DNA of 64,000 nt from Rubripirellula sp. (GTDB lineage: Bacteria; Planctomycetota; Planctomycetia; Pirellulales; Pirellulaceae), in NCBI GenBank assembly GCA_965216875.1, contig OZ244207.1, positions 7,136,001-7,200,000 of the forward strand. Reading direction: 5' to 3'. The translations under genes were made by a program, and so were the position numbers. Positions 52,816-63,161 of this stretch are shown here, in pieces; position 1 is the first letter of the stretch, and every line of letters begins with the position of its first letter. A model generated the notes under the pieces. It was not told the DNA's origin, searched no databases, and saw nothing but the letters and a program-made list of their open reading frames with translations.

Positions 52816-55026
52816 ATGAGTACCGCTTCCGCAGCAAACGTCCGTATTCAACTGCCCGACGGGAACATTGTCGAACATCCTGGGCATGCGACGCCGATGG
52901 ACATTGCCACTGGAATCAGCGAAGGACTGGCTCGCAGCGTGATCGCTGCCGAGGTTTCCGGAAAAATTGTTGACGCCGACCGACCCTTTGGCGAATTAGC
53001 CGAGGGCGATGACCCGCTCGAACTCAAACTGCTGACCAGTCGAGATCAATCCGCCCTGGACGTGCTGCGTCACTCGGCTGCCCACGTCATGGCGCGCGCC
53101 GTGATGCGACTCTACAAAGGTGTCTCGCTCGCATTTGGTCCGACCACCGAGGGTGGTTTCTATTACGACTTTGATCTGCCCGAGAAGATCAGCGAAGAAG
53201 ACTTTCCAAAGATCGAAGCCGAGATCAAGAAGATCATCAAGGACAAAGAACCGTTCGAGCGGTTCATTCTCGATCGCGATGAAGCACGAAAACTTTGCGA
53301 TGACCTTGATCAAGACTTGAAGGTCGAACACATCGACACCGGTTTGGGTGATCAAGCGACGGTCAGCTTTTATCGACAAGGCGAGTTTGTCGACCTCTGT
53401 CGTGGCCCGCACATTCCTGATGCCGGCAAGATCAAAGCGATCAAGATGATGAGCGTTGCCGGTTCGCACTGGAAAGGGGACGTCAACGGTCGTCAGCTTC
53501 AACGGCTTTACGGAACCGCGTTCTTCGACAAGAAAGAGCTCAAGGCGTATCTGGAACAAATCGAAGAAGCCAAACGTCGCGACCACCGCGTGCTCGGCAA
53601 GCAGCATGGTCTCTTTGCGGTCAATCCCGAAGTCGGACCAGGTCTGCCGCTGTGGTTGCCCAAGGGGGCAAAGGTTCGTGTCACCCTGGAAGACTTCTTG
53701 CGAAAGGAACTTCTCGGTCGCGGGTACGATCCGGTTTACAGTCCCCACATTGGCCGCGTCGAGCTTTACGAAACCAGCGGGCACTTTCCCTACTATCGAG
53801 ACAGCCAATTCAATCCACTCTTCGGCACCGAAGTGGGCGGATTGCTCGATGCTTGGTCAGAGCGTTTGAAGGCGGGCACCATTGATTCGGACGGTGAAGC
53901 CAAGTTGATGGCCGCGGTCGAAGCGCTCGGCGTGACCCTGCCCGACTACAAGCCATCCTCGTCGGCAGACGACAAGTGCGATGTGTTGCACGCTTGGCAA
54001 AAGACCAACGAACGTTATTTGCTCAAGCCGATGAATTGCCCGCACCACTGTCAGATCTTTGCGGCCCAACCGCGAAGCTATCGTCAGTTGCCCTTGCGAT
54101 TGTTTGAGTTTGGAACCGTCTATCGACACGAGCAAACCGGCGAGCTGAACGGCATGTTGCGTGTTCGCGGTTTCACCCAAGATGACGCGCACATCTTCTG
54201 CACCGCCGATCAAGTTGAAGCTGAGTTTCAGGCGACGATTGAGCTGACCAGTTTTGTGCTCAAGTCGGTCGGACTCGATGACTACAACGTGCAACTGTCG
54301 CTACGTGATCCGAAGAGCGACAAGTATGTTGGAACCGAAGAGAACTGGGATCAAGCCGAACACGCACTGCGCGGCGTGTTGCAGAACTCGGGCCTCGACT
54401 TTAATGAAGAGGAAGGCGAAGCCGCTTTCTATGGTCCAAAGGCCGACTTCATGGTTCGCGACTGTATCGGACGGTCTTGGCAGCTGGGTACGGTGCAGTT
54501 GGACTACAACTTGCCCGAGCGGTTCAAACTTGAGTACGCCGGCAACGACAACAATTCGCATCGCCCGGTCATGATCCACCGCGCGCCCTTTGGATCGCTC
54601 GAGCGATTCACTGGCATGCTGATCGAGCATTTTGCCGGTGCGTTTCCGCTCTGGTTATCGCCCGAACAAGTTCGCGTGTTGCCCCTCAGTGACAAGTCGC
54701 TCGAGTATGCCGCCCAGGTGGCTCACCAGCTTGAGGATGCCGGCTTGAAAGTGACCGTCGATTCAAGTGGCGGAAAGGTGCAAGCCAAGATCCGCAACGC
54801 TCAACTAGAGCTGATCAATTACATGGCAGTCGTTGGTCCCAAGGAAGCCGAAGCGGGTCACGTTGCCCTACGAGACCGGATCGATGGCGACCTGGGATCG
54901 ATGCCGATTGCCGAGGCGATTGCTCGCTTGAAGGAAGAAATCGAGACTCGCCAAGTTCGCCAAGTTGTCAAAAGTGACTTCACGGCGGCAGCCGTTGATT
55001 CCGACGCCATTGGCAACGAATACTAA
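52816..55026 (+). CDS. thrS: Threonine--tRNA ligase
   Basis: TGS domain; [53 protein letters not shown]. Confidence 0.99.
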   Translation: MSTASAANVRIQLPDGNIVEHPGHATPMDIATGISEGLARSVIAAEVSGKIVDADRPFGELAEGDDPLELKLLTSRDQSALDVLRHSAAHVMARAVMRLYKGVSLAFGPTTEGGFYYDFDLPEKISEEDFPKIEAEIKKIIKDKEPFERFILDRDEARKLCDDLDQDLKVEHIDTGLGDQATVSFYRQGEFVDLCRGPHIPDAGKIKAIKMMSVAGSHWKGDVNGRQLQRLYGTAFFDKKELKAYLEQIEEAKRRDHRVLGKQHGLFAVNPEVGPGLPLWLPKGAKVRVTLEDFLRKELLGRGYDPVYSPHIGRVELYETSGHFPYYRDSQFNPLFGTEVGGLLDAWSERLKAGTIDSDGEAKLMAAVEALGVTLPDYKPSSSADDKCDVLHAWQKTNERYLLKPMNCPHHCQIFAAQPRSYRQLPLRLFEFGTVYRHEQTGELNGMLRVRGFTQDDAHIFCTADQVEAEFQATIELTSFVLKSVGLDDYNVQLSLRDPKSDKYVGTEENWDQAEHALRGVLQNSGLDFNEEEGEAAFYGPKADFMVRDCIGRSWQLGTVQLDYNLPERFKLEYAGNDNNSHRPVMIHRAPFGSLERFTGMLIEHFAGAFPLWLSPEQVRVLPLSDKSLEYAAQVAHQLEDAGLKVTVDSSGGKVQAKIRNAQLELINYMAVVGPKEAEAGHVALRDRIDGDLGSMPIAEAIARLKEEIETRQVRQVVKSDFTAAAVDSDAIGNEY

Positions 55027-55132
55027 TCGTGACGAACACGCTCGGGGTTGTTGATTCAATGACCCCCGAGGCGTCAAATGATTCACCAGCGAGACGCCTT
55101 GCTTGGCATCGGGTGTCTCCCTCAAGCATGTT

Positions 55133-55156
55133 CCACGCTCTGGCGGGCGTAGCTAC
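55133..55156. repeat. Family C REP, single reverse copy
   Basis: ccacgctctggcgggcgtagctac. Confidence 0.75.
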
Positions 55157-55227
55157 GGCGGTCGATCCTGTAGAATGGAATTGACCAATTCGCTCCTCAC
55201 ACTCGCCATGATGGCAAGCTAGGCAAC

Positions 55228-57645
55228 GTGACGTTTCTGAACGCAACTCTCGTTTTCGGAACCGCGGCAATCGCGATCCCGTTGTTGTTGCATTTGATTG
55301 CACGCCGCCAACCCAAGACGGTCATCTTTCCATCGGTCCGATTCTTGACGAAACGGTTCGAATCCAATCGCAGCCGGGTGCGGGTGCGGCGTTGGTGGTT
55401 GTTGGCATTGCGGATCGCGGCGGTCGCGGCATTTGCACTCGCGCTTGCTCGGCCAGCCATTGACCGATCGCTTTCGGTGACTTGGCTGACCATAGGATTG
55501 GTTGCCGTTGCTGGAGTCGCGTTGTTGGTCATGGCAACGATCGCCCTTTCGCGTGGCCAACCCAAGGCTTTGATCTATGGTTTGACTGCCGGTGCGCTCG
55601 TCGCATTGGTGATGTCGATTGGTTGGGGCGGATACACCTTTGCTGCAGGGCCCAAAGTTTCTACCGAACAAGCCGCGCCCGTGGCGTTGGCGATCGTGAT
55701 CGACAATGGGCCGACGACCGCCTGGAAATCGGCGAGCGACGATCGAACGGCGCGGATCGCGGACCTGGCGACTTGGATGGTCACGCGGTTACCGGTCACG
55801 AGCCGCATCGCGATCATTGACCGTTCAGCACAACCCGCTTCGTTTTCACTCGACTTGGCGAGCGCAGTTTCCAAGATCGAAGCCATCAAGCCGTTGCAGG
55901 TCACTCAGCCGATCGAAACTCGGATCGATGCGGCGATCCGACTCGTGAGAACGAGTGACTTGACCAGCCGCCAAGTGCTTGTCGTTTCGGATTTGTCGAC
56001 ATCGACTTGGGAAGCGGCCTTAGCGGAGAGTTCACTGTCCGCATTGTTGAGCGAGACTCCCGAAGTTGCGGTGACCCTTTTTGACCTTGGTGACTTTGAC
56101 AAACCGAACCGCACGCTCTCGAAACCGAAGTTGTCCGACACAACACCGCCCAAGGACGAGCCGGTGGCGATTTCAACGACGCTTCGTTGGGAGGGCGCCG
56201 AGCCTGGGGCGACGCTTTCGGTCGCCGCTGAACTGCAGCTCTATGACAACGATCCCGCACTTCCCGTGGTGCGCGACGGAAAGATCCGACGCCCGCGTCT
56301 TCGCAGCGTCGACCGCACCAGCGTTCAAATCGCAGCGGGTGGTTCGAGTCGGTTGTTGATGACCGTACCGCCCTTGAAATCAGGGACACACCATGGGCGG
56401 ATTCGTTTGGTGGGTGATGATCCGATGGCGCTTGATGACGTTCGCTACTTCAGTGTTCGCGTACTCGAGCCCGAACCGGTTTTGATCGTCTGTGATGACG
56501 CCGATGACGCGCGTGTGATGCAGTTGGCGATGTCGGAAGAGTTTGCGGTCGAGCGAATTGGTTTTGACGACCTGCCGGTTGTGCGATTGGCCGATTACCG
56601 TGCCGTCTTTGTGATGGACCCACCGGGCAGCGTGTTGTCAGACACCGCTCTGGAAGACTACCTCGTTGCTGGGGGCGGTCTGTTTGTCTGTCTGGGGCCA
56701 GCAGCCGGTGATGGCAAACTTGAATCGCCGTTCCTGCCGACACTTCGATTGCGTTGGCGAGTAACGAGTCCTGGGACGTTTTTGAAGCTTGCGGAAACAT
56801 CGCACCCGCTTCTGGAGCCGCTCGCCGAAGTGGATGGCGGTGTCCCATGGAGCAGCTATCGCGTTTTGCAGTATTGGACCGTCGAGCCGAATGCGACGGC
56901 CGAACGTGGCCGCAGCGACCGCGTGTTGGCAACCTTTGTTGGCGAAGACCATCCTGCTTTGATCGAACGATTGTTTATGCCCCAAGAAGACGATCAGGCG
57001 AACCAGCCGGGACGTTTGGTGCTGATGACGACGCCAATTCCTGCACTGGGCCAACGGACAAGGTCGTGGAATGAACTGTTCAGCAGCAGCGATGCGTGGC
57101 CGGCGTTCCTACTCACTCGTCAGTTTCCCGAATACTTGACCCGTCATAGTGCCGACCAATCGATGACGATGGTTGGTAGGCCACAGCTCGTTCGGATTGA
57201 GACGCCCAAGAGTGATGACGAGAACGCACCGAACCGCTTGCAACTCTTTCCGCCAGGTGATTCCGCGCCGGTACCGCTCGATCTTCCGCCCGGCGCGACG
57301 GAAGTGGCGATCGATGAAGTCGCCACAGCGGGCAACTATTGGTTGCGCGGGCGCGGCATACGTTCGGGTTTTGCGGCGAACCTCGACCCTGCTGCGATCA
57401 GCACGCAGCGCGTTGAGCAAGATCAGCTTGAAGTTTTCTTTGGTCCCGATCACTTCAACGTCGCAACCGATCGCGAGGGGATCGAGTTAGCAGAAAGTCA
57501 ATCGCAGGCCCGCGTTTCGTTGCAATCGCCCGTCATGCTGTTGGCCTTGATTGCGTTTCTGTTGGAACAGATTCTCGGTAATCGATTCTATGGCCGAGCC
57601 AGTCGGCAAACCTCTTCAGGTAGTGGAGCGGTTTCGCCGGCATGA
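55228..57645 (+). CDS. BatA N-terminal domain membrane protein with degenerate vWA and GATase-like regions
   Basis: MTFLNATLVFG..AIPLLLHLI..FPSVRFL..WLLALR..LALARP; VLVVSD; C-terminal TM LLEQIL. Confidence 0.85.
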   Translation: MTFLNATLVFGTAAIAIPLLLHLIARRQPKTVIFPSVRFLTKRFESNRSRVRVRRWWLLALRIAAVAAFALALARPAIDRSLSVTWLTIGLVAVAGVALLVMATIALSRGQPKALIYGLTAGALVALVMSIGWGGYTFAAGPKVSTEQAAPVALAIVIDNGPTTAWKSASDDRTARIADLATWMVTRLPVTSRIAIIDRSAQPASFSLDLASAVSKIEAIKPLQVTQPIETRIDAAIRLVRTSDLTSRQVLVVSDLSTSTWEAALAESSLSALLSETPEVAVTLFDLGDFDKPNRTLSKPKLSDTTPPKDEPVAISTTLRWEGAEPGATLSVAAELQLYDNDPALPVVRDGKIRRPRLRSVDRTSVQIAAGGSSRLLMTVPPLKSGTHHGRIRLVGDDPMALDDVRYFSVRVLEPEPVLIVCDDADDARVMQLAMSEEFAVERIGFDDLPVVRLADYRAVFVMDPPGSVLSDTALEDYLVAGGGLFVCLGPAAGDGKLESPFLPTLRLRWRVTSPGTFLKLAETSHPLLEPLAEVDGGVPWSSYRVLQYWTVEPNATAERGRSDRVLATFVGEDHPALIERLFMPQEDDQANQPGRLVLMTTPIPALGQRTRSWNELFSSSDAWPAFLLTRQFPEYLTRHSADQSMTMVGRPQLVRIETPKSDDENAPNRLQLFPPGDSAPVPLDLPPGATEVAIDEVATAGNYWLRGRGIRSGFAANLDPAAISTQRVEQDQLEVFFGPDHFNVATDREGIELAESQSQARVSLQSPVMLLALIAFLLEQILGNRFYGRASRQTSSGSGAVSPA

Positions 57646-59906
57646 CTTCCTTTGCGATCGAACCGATCTATGGATCCATCTTGGTTGCTGGCCTCGTGGC
57701 TGCAGCGACCTTTGCGGTGATCGCGTGGGTCACGCCGCCGACCGAAGACGTGTCACAGCGACGTTGTTTGGTGGCCTTGCGCAGTCTGGCTGCACTCGCG
57801 TTATTGTTGGCCATTTTTCGCCCCGCGTTTCTAAGGACGGACAACCGGCCTGCTGATGCGTCGTTGATCGTTGCCGTCGATACTTCAAAAAGTATGACGC
57901 TTCCCGACGGCGATGGTAGCGATCGCTGGACGACTCAGGTTAACGCGTGGCAGGCCCTGGCAACGGGGCTTGAGCAACTTGATCAATCGTTGACAGTGAA
58001 GCTGCTTGCCTATGACGCCGATGCCCGCCCACTTCCAGGCGCCGAAGCGACGGCCTTGGACAATCAACAGCCATCGGGTGATTCAACCGATTTAGCGGCT
58101 GCGGCGCTCGCGATGATCAGCGCTGCCGAGGGCCAACCGATTGCGGGCGTTGTGCTAATGGGCGACGGAACGCAAACCGCCCCGATTCAAGGAACGGGCG
58201 CTCAACGGGTGGTCGAAACGCTGAACTCGCTGGGCGTTCCGTTTTGGGCCGTACCCATCGGGCCCGCCGCGGGGCAGTCGGCCTCGCGTGATGTTGCCAT
58301 CGAGGCCCTTCCGGAAAGTTTCAAGCTGTTTGCTGGAAACGAAATCGATGTCGACTTTCAGGTGCAAACCCGCGGATTGGCCGGCGTTGATGTTCCGATC
58401 AAGGTTTCCTGGGTCGATGAAGCGGGCGCTGTCAGTGAGGTCGCCGTCCGCCAGTTCCGATCCGGCAAGGCGAGCGATGTGGGATCGATGTCGATCCCCG
58501 TGACGGCGCCACAACCCGGAACGTATCAATTGCGCGTCGAAGCACCGCCGCAAGAGGGCGAGTTGGTGACGGTCAACAACACCCAAATCGCGTTCGTCGA
58601 TGTCCGCGACGGCGGTGGGCGAATCCTCTATCTCGAAGGACAGATTCGCGAAGAACAAACACGGCTGACTCGAACACTTCGCAGGTTCCAAGACCTCGAT
58701 TTGACCTACCGGTGGATACCGACCGACACTGCCAAGTCGTGGCCGTTGCAGCTCGACCAACTACTTCGTCCTGGCCGATTTGACGTTTACATCATTGGCG
58801 ACTTGGACGCCGGGGCGCTTGGCCAAGACCAGCTCGCCCAGCTTTCCGAAGCGGTCGCTGCCGGCGCTGGGTTGGTCACGCTTGGTGGTTACCAAGCCTA
58901 TGGTCCTGGTGGTTACGCGACGTCGCCTCTTGCCGATGTCTTGCCCGTCCAGCTTGATGGTTCGCGACGGCGTGATCCGACCAAACCGATTGACGACCGC
59001 ACCGGGCATCTCAAAGGCCCCGTTGTGATCGAGCTCGCTCGGAATCATCCCATCACCGACTTGGGCGGCGATGTTCAAGCGGCTTGGAGAAGCCTGCCAC
59101 CCCAACTGGGTGCCAATGCATTTGTGGGACCAAAGGCAGCTCCGGGCGTGCAGGTCTTACTTCAATCGCCGCAACAAGCACCGTTGATGGTGGTCGGTGA
59201 ATATGGAAAAGGTCGTACCGCATCGATCGCGTTCGATTCGACCTATCGCTGGCGACGCGGCGGACGCGGCGATGTTCATCGACGGTTTTGGCGACAGCTC
59301 ATCTTGTGGTTGTTGTCCCGAGAAGTTTCCGGTGGTGACAAGATTCGGATCGCCATCGATTCGCAACGATTCGACCTCAAGAAACCGCCAAACTTCACTG
59401 CGATGATTGACAGCCTTGATCAAGCAGCTGGACCGGTGGAATTGCTCGCCGAAATCCTCGCGCCCGACGATCGTGCCGTTAATGTGCCAACCAGTAGTGA
59501 TGGCGACGCGACCGCCGTTTCAATCAGCGGCGCCATTCCCGAGCTCTCACCGGGGATTTATCGACTGCGTGTTCGCGCCGCCGACCCCAACTCGAAGATA
59601 GAACCAGACGAAGTTGCATTCCAAGTCGTTGATCAAAGTCGCGAGTTGTCACGACCGATGGCAGACCCCGTCTACTTGCGACAACTGGCGGCGCTGACGA
59701 CGGAACATGGTGGCGCCGCGTATGATCCCGACCAGATCGCTGAATTGGTCGACGTGATTTCCAAACGCCGTCAACGCGCCGAGACGGCGATTGTCGAAAA
59801 GTTCCGACTCGGCGACGGGCCACTAAGCGGCTGGATTGTGTTTCTGTTGTTTGCGATCCCGCTGTGTGGCGAATGGTACTTGCGCCGGCGCTGGGGAATC
59901 GCTTGA
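57642..59906 (+). CDS. Membrane protein with vWA (MIDAS) and glutamine-amidotransferase-like domains
   Basis: VAVDTSKSM, VVLMGDG, GAGLVTLGG, GEYGKGR, RFWRQLILWL, EWYLRRRWG; ATGA overlap. Confidence 0.85.
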   Translation: MTSFAIEPIYGSILVAGLVAAATFAVIAWVTPPTEDVSQRRCLVALRSLAALALLLAIFRPAFLRTDNRPADASLIVAVDTSKSMTLPDGDGSDRWTTQVNAWQALATGLEQLDQSLTVKLLAYDADARPLPGAEATALDNQQPSGDSTDLAAAALAMISAAEGQPIAGVVLMGDGTQTAPIQGTGAQRVVETLNSLGVPFWAVPIGPAAGQSASRDVAIEALPESFKLFAGNEIDVDFQVQTRGLAGVDVPIKVSWVDEAGAVSEVAVRQFRSGKASDVGSMSIPVTAPQPGTYQLRVEAPPQEGELVTVNNTQIAFVDVRDGGGRILYLEGQIREEQTRLTRTLRRFQDLDLTYRWIPTDTAKSWPLQLDQLLRPGRFDVYIIGDLDAGALGQDQLAQLSEAVAAGAGLVTLGGYQAYGPGGYATSPLADVLPVQLDGSRRRDPTKPIDDRTGHLKGPVVIELARNHPITDLGGDVQAAWRSLPPQLGANAFVGPKAAPGVQVLLQSPQQAPLMVVGEYGKGRTASIAFDSTYRWRRGGRGDVHRRFWRQLILWLLSREVSGGDKIRIAIDSQRFDLKKPPNFTAMIDSLDQAAGPVELLAEILAPDDRAVNVPTSSDGDATAVSISGAIPELSPGIYRLRVRAADPNSKIEPDEVAFQVVDQSRELSRPMADPVYLRQLAALTTEHGGAAYDPDQIAELVDVISKRRQRAETAIVEKFRLGDGPLSGWIVFLLFAIPLCGEWYLRRRWGIA

Positions 59907-59916
59907 GGTTTTGCGC

Positions 59917-59956
59917 GTAGGCCGGATCAAGGAGCGACAGCGGCGCTGATCCGGCA
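59917..59956. repeat. GTAG REP family F (GTAGGCCGGATCAA...GATCCGGCA)
   Basis: Second copy at 61789-61828. Confidence 0.8.
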
Positions 59957-59967
59957 TGATCAGCCAC

Positions 59968-60930
59968 CTACAGATCGGCCAACCAATCGGCGAGTGACAG
60001 ACGCAAGTCGTCGCGGCTCTTATTGATCGACTTGTTGAGTTTTGCGGCGAGCTTTTGGTTCTGCTCTTCGAGAAACTTGTCGCGGATCACATCCTCAAGC
60101 AGCTCGCCCCATTCTTCGGCGACGTCACCTCCGATCTTGCTGACGCGATCGACTTCGAAGTGCTCGAGCGTTAGATGGGCCGCTTCAATCGTGGGGTCAA
60201 GCACAAGTGCCGGCGGCACTTCGCTGTAGTCGGCAACGAAGGCGACGGTCGAAGTCGACGTCAGACGCAATCGCATTTCACCGCGGATCGTCATGCTGTA
60301 GAGCTTCACGCCGCGATTCCAACGTTGGACTTGAGCTGCGAACGTCATTGGCGCGATAACAATCGATTCGATGCGATACCCCTTTTGACCCGTTTGGGGA
60401 TCAACGACCTCGTGGACTTGACGTACGTCGGCGACCGCCCGGCGACGCGCCGAGGTTGGTGGCAACGTCACCTCGTAACGCATCCACCGTCCATGGTTCG
60501 CTTCGCGCCACCGGCGATGCGTCTTCGGGCGCAGACCATCAAACTTGACTTTGACACCTGCCCACAGTTTCTTTTGTTCGCCCCAATCTTTGTCGCCTCG
60601 GTAGGTGCGCGGCGCGTTGTCGACAAGCAAGTCGGCGAGCCATTGCACCGAGGCCTTCGCTTGCTCTTCAGTGACCGAAAGGGTCTGAGCAGGAACCGTC
60701 GCAGAGAGTGAAGGTGGCCGTGAAACGTTAAGCGGTGCCGTCAATGACCCAGGCGGCACAGTCTGCCCCGCTGGTTGCCTCTCGGCCAACGTCGTTTGAC
60801 CGAGACAAGCCGAACTGCTGTTTGATAGCAACCAAAGAACTAGCGGTAGACCACGGCAAAGTAGACACCATCGCGACCGGTTGCCATTGCGGCTCCTGCG
60901 TATCGCATTCGACTGTCGCTGGTGAAGCAT
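59968..60930 (-). CDS. Hypothetical, probably secreted protein
   Basis: Long ORF with conserved-looking DKDWG, NHGRWMRY, QRWNRGVKLYS, RVSKIGGD; start uncertain and overlapping the upstream gene. Confidence 0.75.
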   Translation of the reverse strand: MLHQRQSNAIRRSRNGNRSRWCLLCRGLPLVLWLLSNSSSACLGQTTLAERQPAGQTVPPGSLTAPLNVSRPPSLSATVPAQTLSVTEEQAKASVQWLADLLVDNAPRTYRGDKDWGEQKKLWAGVKVKFDGLRPKTHRRWREANHGRWMRYEVTLPPTSARRRAVADVRQVHEVVDPQTGQKGYRIESIVIAPMTFAAQVQRWNRGVKLYSMTIRGEMRLRLTSTSTVAFVADYSEVPPALVLDPTIEAAHLTLEHFEVDRVSKIGGDVAEEWGELLEDVIRDKFLEEQNQKLAAKLNKSINKSRDDLRLSLADWLADL

Positions 60931-61460
60931 GCCGAGACCTTTGACGGTGAGTATGAACTGGACCAACCCACTCCTTCGTATCGGCCAGGAGCGAACGATC
61001 CAGGAGGATGATTTTTCAATCCACCCGCAGCCATCTTGCGGGCACGCCGTTCGGCAACCGCTTGCAACTGAGGGTCAAACACCAAGGCCCCCAGTCCGCG
61101 CTGGGCTCGTTGAGCGTTCAAGTTGCTGAGCACATTGACGACTCCGCCCGATGCTTGCATCGCGCTGCTGGCGGCAACCGGAACGCTCTGAATGACCGAA
61201 CCACCTTGAGACGTCGAACCACCGTCGACGTAGGTCACAGGCGCGATCGTCGTCGGTGTGGAGGCGACGGGTGTGGAGGCGACGGGTGTGACGCTGGCTT
61301 GCGTGGTGACCGGAGCGGTGACGTTGCGGTAGTGGATTTTGCCACATTGGGCGCAAACGTAGCTTTCTCGAATCGTCGTGGTTGACGTTGTCTGAGCTTG
61401 GCTGGCGGTGCCAGCGACGACGGCAAAAAGGGTGGCAATCAACAATGCAAACGAACGCAT
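60840..61460 (-). CDS. Secreted CAP (SCP)-like domain protein
   Basis: AGGAG then ATG 61460; signal peptide; CAQCGKIH; Thr/Pro linker; LNAQRAQRGLGALVFDPQLQAVAERRA..H..E. Confidence 0.82.
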   Translation of the reverse strand: MRSFALLIATLFAVVAGTASQAQTTSTTTIRESYVCAQCGKIHYRNVTAPVTTQASVTPVASTPVASTPTTIAPVTYVDGGSTSQGGSVIQSVPVAASSAMQASGGVVNVLSNLNAQRAQRGLGALVFDPQLQAVAERRARKMAAGGLKNHPPGSFAPGRYEGVGWSSSYSPSKVSACFTSDSRMRYAGAAMATGRDGVYFAVVYR

Positions 61461-61788
61461 CGGTCTCTCCTGACGAACAGCGTGACGCGACAACAAACGA
61501 GCCCCAAAACGCCTCGCTCTCGTTGTCCGGTCGAAGCCGGTTTTGCACCTAGCCAGTCCGGAATTAGGCAAGAGCGAGTCATGATTGGCGGCAAAGGATT
61601 CCCGATCCGATGTTCGGGAGGAAGGGGGTGGACGCGTGCTTTGGGGAGATTGGAGAGGGTGGGGTCTCGCGAAAGGCGTCTTTTGCCGTTTCGATCGATC
61701 AGAAAAAAGTTTTGTGAGCTTTTGCGTGATCTGTATTCCGCAGAACGTTCCGCGGCGTTTGCAAACCGTTGAGTGGAACGCCCGGCTT

Positions 61789-61918
61789 GTAGGCCGGATC
61801 AAAGGCCGATAGCGATACAGATCCGGCACGATCCTTCGGCAACCACGCTCTGGCGAGCGTAGCTACGTTGAGTGGAAGGCTTACCAGCTGCCCTGGTGCG
61901 TGCAAGCACACACCCTAC
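61789..61918. repeat. Mosaic REP cluster (families F, C and E)
   Basis: 61789-61828, 61843-61874, 61896-61918. Confidence 0.85.
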
Positions 61919-61926
61919 TAAGTGGC

Positions 61927-62556
61927 TTACGCGAGGGCTTCGCTGGCGCTGGGAAGGTTCGCGAAAGCGTTCAAGAGCTTCAGCCCATCGGCTTGGCTTT
62001 TTTCGGGGTGGAACTGGGTGGCGAACAAATTGTCTTTCCAGACCATCGCACAGAACGGCCCGCCATAGTCGCACTCAAGAGCGACCACATCGGGATCACT
62101 TGGACGCACGTAGTAGCTGTGGACGAAGTAAAAGTGGGTGCCATCGGCCAGTTCGCTCAGGAGAGGCGCGTCGCTTTTCTTCGTGACCGTGTTCCAGCCC
62201 ATGTGGGGAACCTTCATGGTGTCGGGCAATTCAAACCGCACGACATCGCCTTGAAGAATCCCCAGACCTTCGTGTTCGCCATGCTCCAGACCTCGTTCGA
62301 AGAGCAATTGCAATCCCAAACAAATGCCGAGGAAGGGGCGACCTGAGGCAACGAAATCAATGATCGGCTGAGCCAGATCACGACGACGGATTTCGGCCAT
62401 CGCATCGCCGAACGCGCCGACGCCTGGCAGGATCAGCTTTTCAGCTTCGGCGATTTCTTTGGGGTCGGAACTGATACGGGCCTGGCCGCCGATCTTCTCG
62501 ATTCCCTTTTGCACACTACGCAGATTTCCCATCTGGTAGTCGACGATCGTGATCAT
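61927..62556 (-). CDS. hisH: Imidazole glycerol phosphate synthase glutaminase subunit
   Basis: IVDYQMGNLRSV, LPGVGAF, GICLGLQLL, VPHMGWN, YFVHSY, QFHPEKS. Confidence 0.98.
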   Translation of the reverse strand: MITIVDYQMGNLRSVQKGIEKIGGQARISSDPKEIAEAEKLILPGVGAFGDAMAEIRRRDLAQPIIDFVASGRPFLGICLGLQLLFERGLEHGEHEGLGILQGDVVRFELPDTMKVPHMGWNTVTKKSDAPLLSELADGTHFYFVHSYYVRPSDPDVVALECDYGGPFCAMVWKDNLFATQFHPEKSQADGLKLLNAFANLPSASEALA

Positions 62557-62772
62557 GGTTTTGGTCAATTCTGGTTCATCGGAACCGCCGGCGAGGGGCG
62601 GCGTGGAAGGGGCAATCAGTAGGTTAACTCAAAGGGGCAGAAACCGAATGGGGGCAACAGGTTCGGTTTGCGTTGGCAAAATGGGTTTGGCCGTCTAACA
62701 TCGTGCGATATCGCCCTGATAGAAGGCCTGATCGCCAGTTTGTTCCCTCGATTTGATCCATTTGGCAACCTG

Positions 62773-63120
62773 ATGAGCCACTCGCTCGACCCCATCGCTC
62801 GACTGATGCAGACCCTCGCCGAGCGAGCCGAAACCCGGCCTGAGGGGTCCTATACAACCAAGTTGCTTGATGGTGGCGTCGAAAAGATCGGTAGCAAGAT
62901 CCGCGAGGAAGCTGCCGAGATGATCGAGGCTGCCGCAGAACAGGGCGACGCGGGACGGGACCACTTTGTTTACGAAGCGGGGGACCTGATCTACCACACC
63001 CTCGTGCTGCTCGCTTGGCGTGGGGTCGACATTTCCGAGGTCGCAAATGAACTCGCGCGACGCGAGGGGACGAGCGGTCTCGTCGAAAAAGCCAGCCGAA
63101 ATCAACCCAACCCCGAATGA
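62773..63120 (+). CDS. hisE: Phosphoribosyl-ATP pyrophosphatase
   Basis: EGSYTTKLL, KIREEAAE, EAGDLIYHTLVLL, ELARR. Confidence 0.96.
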   Translation: MSHSLDPIARLMQTLAERAETRPEGSYTTKLLDGGVEKIGSKIREEAAEMIEAAAEQGDAGRDHFVYEAGDLIYHTLVLLAWRGVDISEVANELARREGTSGLVEKASRNQPNPE

Positions 63121-63161
63121 CCTGAAACGGTCCACGGACCAATCAAGCCGGAAACACACCG

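Noticed and set aside
53824..54009. Intein in thrS
   Set aside because: Too short, and it lacks an N-terminal Cys/Ser and a C-terminal His-Asn followed by Cys/Ser/Thr.
61461..61829. 123-aa N-terminal extension of the CAP-like ORF
   Set aside because: It runs through promoter and REP sequence; the SD and signal peptide indicate ATG 61460.
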